Shown here in pieces: positions 1 through 13,171 of a stretch of 64,000 nucleotides of DNA. The notes beneath the pieces were generated by a model. The model worked only from the letters and a program-made list of their open reading frames with translations, did no database searches and was not told the DNA's origin. This DNA comes from the human T2T-CHM13v2.0 reference genome, Homo sapiens. The translations under genes were made by a program, and so were the position numbers. Every line of letters starts with the position of its first letter. The first letter of the stretch is position 1. Location of the stretch: NCBI RefSeq assembly GCF_009914755.1, contig NC_060933.1. One strand, given 5' to 3'.

Positions 1-197
1 AGTGGACGTTTGGAGCGCTTTGAGGCCTATGTTGAAAAAGGAAATATCTTCCCATAAAAACTAGACAGAAGCATTCTCAGAAACTTGTTTGTGATGTGTG
101 TATTCAACTAACAGAGATGAACCTTTCTTTTTACAGAGCAGTTTTGAAACACTCTTTTTGTGGAATCTGAAAGTGGATATTTGGATAGCTTTGAGGA

Positions 198-214
198 TTT
201 CGTTGGAAACGGGA
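198..214 (+). promoter_or_regulatory. CENP-B box (example; intact boxes recur in monomers a, c and e throughout the window)
   Basis: TTTCGTTGGAAACGGGA matches nTTCGnnnnAnnCGGGn. Monomer e carries TTTCGTTGGACACGGGA with the core intact. Monomer f carries TTTCCTTGGAAACGGGA with the core broken. Confidence 0.95.
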
Positions 215-364
215 TTACATATAAAATCTAGAGAGAAGCATTCTCAGGAACTTCTTTGTGATGTTTGCATTCACGTCACAGAACTGAACATTCCCTTTCA
301 TAGAGCATGTTTGAAACACTCTTTCTGTAGTATCTGCAAACGGACATTTCAAACGCTTTCAGGC

Positions 365-381
365 CTATGGTGAGAAAGGAA
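365..381 (+). promoter_or_regulatory. pJalpha-type site (example; occupies the box-equivalent position in monomers b, d and g)
   Basis: CTATGGTGAGAAAGGAA resembles the pJalpha motif CTAYGGTGRAAAAGGAA of A-type alphoid monomers. Confidence 0.8.
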
Positions 382-751
382 ATATCTTCAAGTAAAAACT
401 AGACAGAAGCATTCTCAGAAACTTATTTGCGATGTGTGTCCTCAACTAACAGAGTTGAACCTTTCTTTTGATACAACATTTTGGAAACACTCTTTTTGTA
501 GAATCTGCAAGTGGATATTTGAATAGCTTTGAAGGTTTCGTTGGAAACGGGAATATCTTCATATAAAATCAAGACAGAAGCATTCTCAGAAACTTCTCTG
601 TGATGTTTGCATTCAACTCATAGAGTTGAACACTTCCCTTCATACAGCAGGTTTGAAACACTCTTTTTGTAATATTTGGAAGTGGACATTTGCAGCGCTT
701 TGAGGCCTATGATGAAAAAGGTAATATCTTCCCATAAAAACTAGACAGAAG

Positions 752-1602
752 CATTCTCAGAAACTTGTTTGTGATGTGTGTATTCAACTAACAGAGATGA
801 ACCTTTCTTTTTACAGAGCAGTTTTGAAACACTCTTTTTGTGGAATCTGAAAGTGGATATTTGGATAGCTTTGAGGATTTCGTTGGAAACGGGATTACAT
901 ATAAAATCTAGGGAGAAGCATTCTCAGGAACTTCTTTGTGATGTTTGCATTCAAGTCACAGAACTGAACATTCCCTTTCATAGAGCAGGTTTGAAACACT
1001 CTTTCTGTAGTATCTGCAAGCGGACGTTTTAAGCGCTTTCAGGCCTGTGGTGAGAAAGGAAATATCTTCAAATAAAAACTAGACAGAAGCATTCTCAGAA
1101 ACTTATTTGCGATGTGTGTCCTCAACTAACAGAGTTGAACCTTTCTTTTGATACAACATTTTGGAAACACTCTTTTTGTAGAATCTGCAAGTGGATATTT
1201 GAATAGCTTTGAAGGTTTCGTTGGAAACGGGAATATCTTCAAATAAAAACTAGACAGAAGCATTCTCAGAAACTTATTTGCGATGTGTGTCCTCAACTAA
1301 CAGAGTTGAACCTTTCTTTTGATACAACATTTTGGAAACACTCTTTTTGTAGAATCTGCAAGTGGATATTTGAATAGCTTTGAAGGTTTCGTTGGAAACG
1401 GGAATATCTTCATATAAAATCAAGACAGAAGCATTCTCAGAAACTTCTCTGTGATGTTTGCATTCAACTCATAGAGTTGAACACTTCCCCTCATACAGCA
1501 GGTTTGAAACACTCTTTTTGTAATATTTGGAAGTGGACATTTGTAGCGCTTTGAGGCCTATGATGAAAAAGGTAATATCTTCCCATAAAAACTAGACAGA
1601 AG
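752..1602 (+). repeat. 5-mer variant a-b-c-c-d* (tandem c monomer)
   Basis: c-type starts at both 1090 and 1261; a-to-a spacing is 851 = 680+171. The same structure recurs at 3475-4325. Confidence 0.9.
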
Positions 1603-2794
1603 CGTTCTCAGAAACTTGTTTGTGATGTGTGTATTCAACTAACAGAGATGAACCTTTCTTTTTACAGAGCAGTTTTGAAACACTCTTTTTGTGGAATCTG
1701 AAAGTGGATATTTGGATAGCTTTGCGGATTTCGTTGGAAACGGGATTACATATAAAATCTAGGGAGAAGCATTCTCAGGAACTTCTTTGTGATGTTTGCA
1801 TTCAAGTCACAGAACTGAACATTCCCTTTCATAGAGCAGGTTTGAAACACTCTTTCTGTAGTATCTGCAAGCGGACGTTTTAAGCGCTTTCAGGCCTGTG
1901 GTGAGAAAGGAAATATCTTCAAATAAAAACTAGACAGAAGCATTCTCAGAAACTTATTTGCGATGTGTGTCCTCAACTAACAGAGTTGAACCTTTCTTTT
2001 GATACAACATTTTGGAAACACTCTTTTTGTAGAATCTGCAAGTGGATATTTGGATAGCTTTGAAGGTTTCGTTGGAAACGGGAATATCTTCATATGAAAT
2101 CAAGACAGAAGCATTCTCAGAAACTTCTCTGTGATGTTTGCATTCAACTCATAGAGTTGAACACTTCCCTTCATACAGCAGGTTTGAAACACTGTTTTTC
2201 TAATATTTGGAAGTGGACATTTGCAGCGCTTTGAGGCCTATGTTGAAAAAGGAAATATCTTCTCCTAAAAACCAGACAGAAGCATTCTCAGAAACTTCCT
2301 TGTGATGTGTGTACTCAAGTAACAGAGTTGAACCTTCCTTTTGACGGAGCAGTTTTGAAGCACTCTTTTTGTAGAATCTGCAAGTGGATATTTTGATACC
2401 TTTGAGGATTTCGTTGGACACGGGATATCTTCATATAAAATCTAGACAGAAGCATTCTCAGAAACTTCTTTGTGCTGTATGTCCTCAATTAACAGAGTTG
2501 AACCTTTGTGTGGATACAGCATTTTGGAAACATTCCTTTAGTAGAATCTGCAAGTTGATATTTAGATAGCTAGGAAGATTTCCTTGGAAACGGGAATATC
2601 TTCATATAAAATCTAGACGGAAGCATTCTCAGAAAGTGCTTTGTGATGTTTGCATTCAAGTCACAGAGTTGAATATTCCCTTTTATAGAGCAGGTTTGAA
2701 ACACTCTTTCTGCACTACCTGGAAGTGGACATTTGGAGCGCTTTGAGGCCTATGTTGAAAAACGAAATATCTTCCCATAAAAACTAGACAGAAG

Positions 2795-3474
2795 CATTCT
2801 CAGAAACTTGTTTGTGATGTGTGTATTCAACTAACAGAGATGAACCTTTCTTTTTACAGAGCAGTTTTGAAACACTCTTTTTGTGGAATCTGAAAGTGGA
2901 TATTTGGATAGCTTTGAGGATTTCGTTGGAAACGGGATTACATATAAAAGCTAGAGAGAAGCATTCTCAGGAACTTCTTTTTGATGTTTGCCTTCAAGTC
3001 ACAGGACTGAACATTCCCTTTCATAGAGCAGGTTTGAAACACTCTTTCTGTAGTATCTGCAAGCTGACGTTTCAAGCGCTTTCAGGCCTATGGTGAGAAA
3101 GGAAATATCTTCAAGTAAAAACTAGACAGAAGCATTCTCAGAAACTTATTTGCCATGTGTGTTCTCAACTAACAGAGTTGAACCTTTGTTTTGATACGGC
3201 ATTTTGGAAACACTCTTTTTGTAGAATCTGCAGGTGGATATTCGGATAGCTTTGAAGGTTTCGTTGGAAACTGGAATATCTTCATATAAAATCTAGACGG
3301 AAGCATTCTCAGAAACTGCTTTGTGATGTTTTCATTCAAGTCACAGAGTAGAATGTTCCCTGTTATATACCAGGTTTGAGACACTCTTTCTGCACTACCT
3401 GGAAGTGGACGTTTGGAGCGCTTTGAGGCCTATGTTGAAAAAGGAAATATCTTCCCATAAAAACTAGACAGAAG
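2795..3474 (+). repeat. Example 4-mer sub-HOR type 2: a-b-c*-g* (680 bp)
   Basis: c* has TTCGGATAG and the f-like tail AATCTAGACGGAAG. g* begins AGAAACTGCT, has GTAGAATGTTCCCTGTTATATACC, and has the g-like GCACTACCTGG. Confidence 0.92.
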
Positions 3475-6022
3475 CATTCTCAGAAACTTGTTTGTGATGT
3501 GTGTATTCAACTAACAGAGATGAACCTTTCTTTTTACAGAGCAGTTTTGAAACACTCTTTTTGTGGAATCTGAAAGTGGATATTTGGATAGCTTTGAGGA
3601 TTTCGTTGGAAACGGGATTACATATAAAATCTAGAGAGAAACATTCTCAGGAACTTCTTTGTGATGTTTGCATTCACGTCACAGAACTGAACATTCCCTT
3701 TCATAGAGCATGTTTGAAACACTCTTTCTGTAGTATCTGCAAACGGACATTTCAAACGCTTTCAGGCCTATGGTGAGAAAGGAAATATCTTCAAGTAAAA
3801 ACTAGACAGAAGCATTCTCAGAAACTTATTTGCGATGTGTGTCCTCAACTAACAGAGTTGAACCTTTCTTTTGATACAACATTTTGGAAACACTCTTTTT
3901 GTAGAATCTGCAAGTGGATATTTGAATAGCTTTGAAGGTTTCGTTGGAAACGGGAATATCTTCAAATAAAAACTAGACAGAAGCATTCTCAGAAACTTAT
4001 TTGCGATGTGTGTCCTCAACTAACAGAGTTGAACCTTTCTTTTGATACAACATTTTGGAAACACTCTTTTTGTAGAATCTGCAAGTGGATATTTGAATAG
4101 CTTTGAAGGTTTCGTTGGAAACGGGAATATCTTCATATAAAATCAAGACAGAAGCATTCTCAGAAACTTCTCTGTGATGTTTGCATTCAACTCATAGAGT
4201 TGAACACTTCCCCTCATACAGCAGGTTTGAAACACTCTTTTTGTAATATTTGGAAGTGGACATTTGCAGCGCTTTGAGGCCTATGATGAAAAAGGTAATA
4301 TCTTCCCATAAAAACTAGACAGAAGCGTTCTCAGAAACTTGTTTGTGATGTGTGTATTCAACTAACAGAGATGAACCTTTCTTTTTACAGAGCAGTTTTG
4401 AAACACTCTTTTTGTGGAATCTGAAAGTGATATTTGGATAGCTTTGCGGATATCGTTGGAAACGGGATTACATACAAAATCTAGGGAGAAGCATTCTCAG
4501 GAACTTCTTTGTGATGTTTGCATTCAAGTCACAGAACTGAACATTCCCTTTCATAGAGCAGGTTTGAAACACTCTTTCTGTAGTATCTGCAAGCGGATGT
4601 TTTAAGCGCTTTCAGGCCTGTGGTGAGAAAGGAAATATCTTCAAATAAAAACTAGACAGAAGCATTCTCAGAAACTTATTTGCGATGTGTGTCCTCAACT
4701 AACAGAGTTGAACCTTTCTTTTGATACAACATTTTGGAAACACTCTTTTTGTAGAATCTGCAAGTGGATATTTGGATAGCTTTGAAGGTTTCGTTGGAAA
4801 CGGGAATATCTTCATATGAAATCAAGACAGAAGCATTCTCAGAAACTTCTCTGTGATGTTTGCATTCAACTCATAGAGTTGAACACTTCCCTTCATACAG
4901 CAGGTTTGAAACACTCTTTTTCTAATATTTGGAAGTGGACATTTGCAGCGCTTTGAGGCCTATGTTGAAAAAGGAAATATCTTCTCCTAAAAACCAGACA
5001 GAAGCATTCTCAGAAACTTCCTTGTGATGTGTGTACTCAAGTAACAGAGTTGAACCTTCCTTTTGACGGAGCAGTTTTGAAGCACTCTTTTTGTAGAATC
5101 TGCAAGTGGATATTTTGATACCTCTGAGGATTTCGTTGGAAACGGGATTACATATAAAACCTAGAGAGAAGCATTCTCAGGAACTTCTTTGTGATGTTGG
5201 CCTTCAAGTCACAGGACTGAACATTCCCTTTCATAGAGCAGGTTTGAAACACTCTTTCTGTAGTATCTGCAAGCTGACGTTTCAAGCGCTTTCAGGCCTA
5301 TGGTGAGAAAGGAAATATCTTCAAGTAAAAACTAGACAGAAGCATTCTCAGAAACTTATTTGCCATGTGTGTTCTCAACTAACAGAGTTGAACCTTTGTT
5401 TTGATACGGCATTTTGGAAACACTCTTTTTGTAGAATCTGCAGGTGGATATTCGGATAGCTTTGAAGGTTTCGTTGGAAACGGGAATATCTTCATATAAA
5501 ATCTAGACGGAAGCATTCTCAGAAACTGCTTTGTGATGTTTTCATTCAAGTCACAGAGTAGAATGTTCCCTGTTATATACCAGGTTTGAGACACTCTTTC
5601 TGCACTACCTGGAAGTGGACGTTTGGAGCTCTTTGAGGCCTATGTTGAAAAAGGAAATATCTTCCCATAAAAACTAGACAGAAGCATTCTCAGAAACTTG
5701 TTTGTGATGTGTGTATTCAACTAACAGAGATGAACCTTTCTTTTTACAGAGCAGTTTTGAAACACTCTTTTTGTGGAATCTGAAAGTGGATATTTGGATA
5801 GCTTTGAGGATTTCGTTGGAAACGGGATTATATATAAAATCTAGGGAGAAGCATTCTCAGGAACTTCTTTGTGATGTTTGCATTCAAGTCACAGAACTGA
5901 ACATTCCCTTTCATAGAGCAGGTTTGAAACACTCTTTCTGTAGTATCTGCAAGTGGACGTTTCAAGCGCTTTTAGGCCTGTGGTGAAAAAGGAAATATCT
6001 TCAAATAAAAACTAGACAGAAG

Positions 6023-6534
6023 CATTCTCAGAAACTTATTTTCGATGTGTGTTCTCAGCTAACAGAGTTGAACCTTTGTTTTGATACAGCATTTTGGAAA
6101 CACTCTTTTTGTAGGATCTGCAGGTGGATATTTGGATAGCTTTGAAGGTTTCTTTGGAAACGGGAATATCTTCATATAAAATCAAGACAGAAGCATTCTC
6201 AGAAACTTCTCTGTGATGTTTGCATTCAACTCATAGAGTTGAACACTTCCTTTCATAGAGCTGGTTTGAAATACTCTTTTTGTAATATTTGGAAGTGGAC
6301 ATTGGCAGCGCTTTGAAGCCTATGGTGAAAAAGGAGATATCTTCTCCTAAAAACCAGACAGAAGCATTCTCAGAATCTTTCTTGTGATGTGTGTACTCAA
6401 GTAACAGAGGTGAACCTTCATTTTGACAGAGAAGTTTTGAAGCACTCTTTTTGTAGAATCTGCAAGTGGATATTTTGATACCTTTGAGGATTTCGTTAGA
6501 CAAGGGATATCTTCATATAAAATCTAGACAGAAG
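6023..6534 (+). repeat. Divergent c'-d'-e' trimer (copy 1 of 6)
   Basis: Linked variants CTCAGCT, GTAGGATC, GTTTCTTTGG, TTTCATAGAGCTGG, TTGAAGCCTATGG and AGAATC(T/A)TTCTT. Other copies at 38506, 44802, 48545, 52289 and 55521. Confidence 0.9.
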
Positions 6535-9085
6535 CATTCTCAGAAACTTCTTTGTGCTGTATGTCCTCAATTAACAGAGTTGAACCTTTGTGTGGATACA
6601 GCATTTTGGAAACATTCCTTTAGTAGAATCTGCAAGTTGATATTTAGATAGCTAGGAAGATTTCCTTGGAAACGGGAATATCTTCATATAAAATCTAGAC
6701 GGAAGCATTCTCAGAAAGTGCTTTGTGATGTTTGCATTCAAGTCACAGAGTTGAATATTCCCTTTTATAGAGCAGGTTTGAAACACTCTTTCTGCACTAC
6801 CTGGAAGTGGACATTTGGAGCGCTTTGAGGCCTATGTAGAAAAAGGAAATATCTTCCCATAAAAACTAGACAGAAGCATTCTCAGAAACTTGTTTGTGAT
6901 GTGTGTATTCAACTAACAGAGATGAACCTTTCTTTTTACAGAGCAGTTTTGAAACACTCTTTTTGTGGAATCTGAAAGTGGATATTTGGATAGCTTTGAG
7001 GATTTCGTTGGAAACGGGATTACATATAAAACCTAGAGAGAAGCATTCTCAGGAACTTCTTTGTGATGTTTGCATTCAAGTCACAGAACTGAACATTCCC
7101 TTTCATAGAGCAGGTTTGAAACACTCTTTCTGTAGTATCTGCAAGCTGACGTTTCAAGCGCTTTCAGGCCTATGGTGAGAAAGGAAATATCTTCAAGTAA
7201 AAACTAGACAGAAGCATTCTCAGAAACTTATTTGCCATGTGTGTTCTCAACTAACAGAGTTGAACCTTTGTTTTGATACGGCATTTTGGAAACACTCTTT
7301 TTGTAGAATCTGCAGGTGGATATTCGGATAGCTTTGAAGGTTTCGTTGGAAACGGGAATATCTTCATATAAAATCTAGACGGAAGCATTCTCAGAAACTG
7401 CTTTGTGATGTTTTCATTCAAGTCACAGAGTAGAATGTTCCCTGTTATATACCAGGTTTGAGACACTCTTTCTGCACTACCTGGAAGTGGACGTTTGGAG
7501 CGCTTTGAGGCCAATGTTGAAAAAGGAAATATCTTCCCATAAAAACTAGACAGAAGCATTCTCAGAAACTTGTTTGTGATGTGTGTATTCAACTAACAGA
7601 GATGAACCTTTCTTTTTACAGAGCAGTTTTGAAACACTCTTTTTGTGGAATCTGAAAGTGGTTATTTGGATAGCTTTGAGGATTTCGTTGGAAACGGGAT
7701 TACATATAAAATCTAGAGAGAAGCATTCTCAGGAACTTCTTTGTGATGTTTGCATTCACGTCACAAAACTGAACATTCCCTTTCAGAGAGCATGTTTGAA
7801 ACACTCTTTCTGTAGTATCTGCAAACGGACATTTCAAACGCTTTCAGGCCTATGGTGAGAAAGGAAATATCTTCAAATAAGAACTAGACAGAAGCATTCT
7901 CAGAAACTTATTTGCGATGTGTGTCCTCAACTAACAGAGTTGAACCTTTCTTTTGATAAAACATTTTGGAACCACTCTTTTTGTAGAATCTGCAAGTGGA
8001 TATTTGGATAGCTTTGAAGGTTTCGTTGGAAACGGGAATATCTTCATATAAAATCAAGACAGAAGCATTCTCAGAAACTTCTCTGTGATGTTTGCATTCA
8101 ACTCATAGAGTTGAACACTTCCCTTCATACAGCAGGTTTGAAACACTCTTTTTGTAATATTTGGAAGTGGACATTTGCAGCGCTTTGAGGCCTATGATGA
8201 AAAAGGAAATATCTTCCCATAAAAACTAGACAGAAGCATTCTCAGAAACTTGTTTGTGATGTGTGTATTCAACTAACAGAGATGAACCCTTCTTTTTACA
8301 GAGCAGTTTTGAAACACTCTTTTTGTGGAATCTGAAAGTGGATATTTGGATAGCTTTGCGGATTTCGTTGGAAACGGGATTACATATAAAATCTAGGGAG
8401 AAGCAGTCTCAGGAACTTCTTTGTGATGTTTGCATTCAAGTCACAGAACTGAACATTCCCTTTCATAGAGCAGGTTTGAAACACTCTTTCTGTAGTATCT
8501 GCAAGCGGACGTTTGAACGCTTTCAGGCCTGTGGTGAAAAAGGAAATATCTTCAAATAAAAACTAGACAGAAGCATTCTCAGAAACTTATTTGCGATGTG
8601 TGTTCTCAACTAAGAGAGTTGAACCTTTGTTTGGATACAGCATTTTGGAAACACTCTTTTTGTAGAATCTGCAAGTGGATATTCGGATAGCTTTGAAGGT
8701 TTCGTTGGAAACGGGAATATCTTCATATAAAATCAAGACAGAAGCATTATCAGAAACTTCTCTGTGATGTTTGCATTCAACTCATAGAGTTGAACACTTC
8801 CCTTCATACAGCAGGTTTGAAACACTCTTTTTCTAATATTTGGAAGTGGACATTTGCAGCGCTTTGAGGCCTATGTTGAAAAAGGAAACGTCTTCTCCTA
8901 AAAACCAGACAGAAGCATTCTCAGAAACTTCCTTGTGATGTGTGTACTCAAGTAACAGAGTTGAACCTTCCTTTTGACAGAGCAGTTTTGAAGCACTCTT
9001 TATGTAGAATCTGCAAGTGGATATTTTGATACCTTTGAGGATTTCGTTGGACACGGGATATCTTCATATAAAATCTAGACAGAAG

Positions 9086-11637
9086 CATTCTCAGAAACTT
9101 CTTTGTGCTGTATGTCCTCAATTAACAGAGTTGAACCTTTGTGTGGATACAGCATTTTGGAAACATTCCTTTAGTAGAATCTGCAAGTTGATATTTAGAT
9201 AGCTAGGAAGATTTCCTTGGAAACGGGAATATCTTCATATAAAATCTAGACGGAAGCATTCTCAGAAAGTGCTTTGTGATGTTTGCATTCAAGTCACAGA
9301 GTTGAATATTCCCTTTTATAGAGCAGGTTTGAAACACTCTTTCTGCACTACCTGGAAGTGGACATTTGGAGCGCTTTGAGGCCTATGTAGAAAAAGGAAA
9401 TATCTTCCCATAAAAACTAGACAGAAGCATTGTCAGAAACTTGTTTGTGATGTGTGTATTCAACTAACAGAGATGAACCTTTCTTTTTACAGAGCAGTTT
9501 TGAAACACTGTTTTTGTGGAATCTGAAAGTGGATATTTGGATAGCTTTGAGGATTTCGTTGGAAACGGGATTACATATAAAACCTAGAGAGAAGCATTCT
9601 CAGGAACTTCTTTGTGATGTTTGCATTCAAGTCACAGAACTGAACATTCCCTTTCATAGAGCAGGTTTGAAACACTCTTTCTGTAGTATCTGCAAGCTGA
9701 CGTTTCAAGCGCTTTCAGGCCTATGGTGAGAAAGGAAATATCTTCAAGTAAAAACTAGACAGAAGCATTCTCAGAAACTTATTTGCCATGTGTGTTCTCA
9801 ACTAACAGAGTTGAACCTTTGTTTTGATACGGCATTTTGGAAACACTCTTTTTGTAGAATCTGCAGGTGGATATTCGGATAGCTTTGAAGGTTTCGTTGG
9901 AAACGGGAATATCTTCATATAAAATCTAGACGGAAGCATTCTCAGAAACTGCTTTGTGATGTTTTCATTCAAGTCACAGAGTAGAATGTTCCCTGTTATA
10001 TACCAGGTTTGAGACACTCTTTCTGCACTACCTGGAAGTGGACGTTTGGAGCGCTTTGAGGCCTATGTTGAAAAAGGAAATATCTTCCCATAAAAACTAG
10101 ACAGAAGCATTCTCAGAAACTTGTTTGTGATGTGTGTATTCAACTAACAGAGATGAACCTTTCTTTTTACAGAGCAGTTTTGAAACACTCTTTTTGTGGA
10201 ATCTGAAAGTGGTTATTTGGATAGCTTTGAGGATTTCGTTGGAAACGGGATTACATATAAAATCTAGAGAGAAGCATTCTCAGGAACTTCTTTGTGATGT
10301 TTGCATTCACGTCACAAAGCTGAACATTCCCTTTCATAGAGCATGTTTGAAACACTCTTTCTGTAGTATCTGCAAACGGACATTTCAAACGCTTTCAGGC
10401 CTATGGTGAGAAAGGAAATATCTTCAAATAAGAACTAGACAGAAGCATTCTCAGAAACTTATTTGCGATGTGTGTCCTCAACTAACAGAGTTGAACCTTT
10501 CTTTTGATACAACATTTTGGAACCACTCTTTTTGTAGAATCTGCAAGTGGATATTTGGATAGCTTTGAAGGTTTCGTTGGAAACGGGAATATCTTCATAT
10601 AAAATCAAGACAGAAGCATTCTCAGAAACTTCTCTGTGATGTTTGCATTCAACTCATAGAGTTGAACACTTCCCTTCATACAGCAGGTTTGAAACACTCT
10701 TTTTGTAATATTTGGAAGTGGACATTTGCAGCGCTTTGAGGCCTATGATGAAAAAGGAAATATCTTCCCATAAAAACTAGACAGAAGCATTCTCAGAAAC
10801 TTGTTTGTGATGTGTGTATTCAACTAACAGAGATGAACCTTTCTTTTTACAGAGCAGTTTTGAAACACTCTTTTTGTGGAATCTGAAAGTGGATATTTGG
10901 ATAGCTTTGCGGATTTCGTTGGAAACGGGATTACATATAAAATCTAGGGAGAAGCATTCTCAGGAACTTCTTTGTGATGTTTGCATTCAAGTCACAGAAC
11001 TGAACATTCCCTTTCATAGAGCAGGTTTGAAACACTCTTTCTGTAGTATCTGCAAGCGGACGTTTCAAGCCCTTTCAGGCCTGTGGTGAAAAAGGAAATA
11101 TCTTCAAATAAAAACTAGACAGAAGCATTCTCAGAAACTTATTTGCGATGTGTGTTCTCAACTAAAAGAGTTGAACCTTTGTTTGGATACAGCACTTTGG
11201 AAACACTCTTTTTGTAGAATCTGCAAGTGGATATTTGGATAGCTTTGAAGGTTTCGTTGGAAACGGGAATATCTTCATATAAAATCAAGAGAGAAGCATT
11301 CTCAGAAACTTCTCTGTGATGTTTGCATTCAACTCATAGAGTTGAACACTTCCCTTCATACAGCAGGTTTGAAACACTCTTTTTCTAATATTTGGAAGTG
11401 GACATTTGCAGCGCTTTGAGGCCTATGTTGAAAAAGGAAATATCTTCTCCTAAAAACCAGACAGAAGCATTCTCAGAAACTTCCTTGTGATGTGTGTACT
11501 CAAGTAACAGAGTTGAACCTTCCTTTTGACAGAGCAGTTTTGAAGCACTCTTTTTGTAGAATCTGCAAGTGGATATTTTGATACCTTTGAGGATTTCGTT
11601 GGACACGGGATATCTTCATATAAAATCTAGACAGAAG
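9086..11637 (+). repeat. Representative 15-mer HOR (2552 bp): f g + abc*g* + abcd* + abcd e
   Basis: Marker spacing 9017->11569 = 2552. Further 15-mers start at 6535, 13172, 15723, 33410, 40890 and 57905. Confidence 0.92.
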
Positions 11638-13171
11638 CATTCTCAGAAACTTCTTTGTGCTGTATGTCCTCAATTAACAGAGTTGAACCTTTGTGTGGAT
11701 ACAGCATTTTGGAAACATTCCTTTAGTAGAATCTGCAAGTTGATATTTAGATAGCTAGGAAGATTTCCTTGGAAACGGGAATATCTTCATATAAAATCTA
11801 CACGGAAGCATTCTCAGAAAGTGCTTTGTGATGTTTGCATTCAAGTCACAGAGTTGAATATTCCCTTTTACAGAGCAGGTTTGAAACACTCTTTCTGCAC
11901 TACCTGGAAGTGGACATTTGGAGCGATTTGAGGCCTATGTAGAAAAAGGAAATATCTTCCCATAAAAACTAGACAGAAGCATTGTCAGAAACTTGTTTGT
12001 GATGTGTGTATTCAACTAACAGAGATGAACCTTTGTTTTTACAGAGCAGTTTTGAAACACTCTTTTTGTGGAATCTGAAAGTGGATATTTGGATAGCTTT
12101 GAGGATTTCGTTGGAAACGGGATTACATATAAAACCTAGAGAGAAGCATTCTCAGGAACTTCTTTGTGATGTTTGCATTCAAGTCACAGGACTGAACGTT
12201 CCCTTTCATGGAGCAGGTTTGAAACACTCTTTCTGTAGTATCTGCAAGCTGACGTTTCATGCGTTTTCAGGCCTATGGTGAGAAAGGAAATATCTTCAAG
12301 TAAAAACTAGACAGAAGCATTCTCAGAAACTTATTTGCCATGTGTGTTCTCAACTAACAGAGTTGAACCTTTGTTTTGATACGGCATTTTGGAAACACTC
12401 TTTTTGTAGAATCTGCAGGTGGATATTCGGATAGCTTTGAAGGTTTCGTTGGAAACGGGAATATCTTCATATAAAATCTAGACGGAAGCATTCTCAGAAA
12501 CTGCTTTGTGATGTTTTCATTCAAGTCACAGAGTAGAATGTTCCCTGTTATATACCAGGTTTGAGACACTCTTTCTGCACTACCTGGAAGTGGACGTTTG
12601 GAGCGCTTTGAGGCGTATGTTGAAAAAGGAAATATCTTCCCATAAAAACTAGACAGAAGCATTCTCAGAAACTTATTTGCGATGTGTGTTCTCAACTAAA
12701 AGAGTTGAACCTTTGTTTGGATACAGCACTTTGGAAACACTCTTTTTGTAGAATCTGCAAGTGGATATTTGGATAGCTTTGAAGGTTTCGTTGGAAACGG
12801 GAATATCTTCATATAAAATCAAGAGAGAAGCATTCTCAGAAACTTCTCTGTGATGTTTGCATTCAACTCATAGAGTTGAACACTTCCCTTCATACAGCAG
12901 GTTTGAAACACTCTTTTTCTAATATTTGGAAGTGGACATTTGCAGCGCTTTGAGGCCTATGTTGAAAAAGGAAATATCTTCTCCTAAAAACAAGACAGAA
13001 GCATTCTCAGAAACTTCCTTGTGATGTGTGTACTCAAGTAACAGAGTTGAACCTTCCTTTTGACAGAGCAGTTTTGAAGCACTCTTTTTGTAGAATCTGC
13101 AAGTGGATATTTTGATACCTTTGAGGAATTCGTTGGACACGGGATATCTTCATATAAAATCTAGACAGAAG
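11638..13171 (+). repeat. 9-mer HOR variant (1534 bp) with a g*->c junction at 12660
   Basis: 2552-1534 = 1018 = a-b-c-d*-a-b missing. g* is followed directly by AGAAACTTATTT (c). Confidence 0.88.

Larger units (their letters stand above)
72..751 (+). repeat. Example 4-mer sub-HOR type 1: a-b-c-d* (680 bp)
   Basis: Monomer starts at 72, 239, 410 and 581, next a at 752 (167+171+171+171). d* ends ...TTCCCATAAAAACTAG and leads back to a. Confidence 0.93.
2453..6534 (+). repeat. 24-mer HOR variant (4082 bp) containing a c-c duplication, an e/a hybrid and the divergent c'-d'-e' block
   Basis: f-to-f spacing 4082. Order: f g a b c* g* a b c c d* a b c d e/a b c* g* a b c' d' e'. Confidence 0.85.

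Noticed and set aside
74-82. Short dyads (TTCTCAGAA, AGCGCT, AGGCCT) as hairpin or terminator signals
   Set aside because: They are generic to alpha satellite monomers and too short to support a specific structure call.
217-226. TATAAAA TATA-like motifs after each CENP-B box
   Set aside because: They are part of the monomer consensus; the sequence gives no evidence of promoter function.
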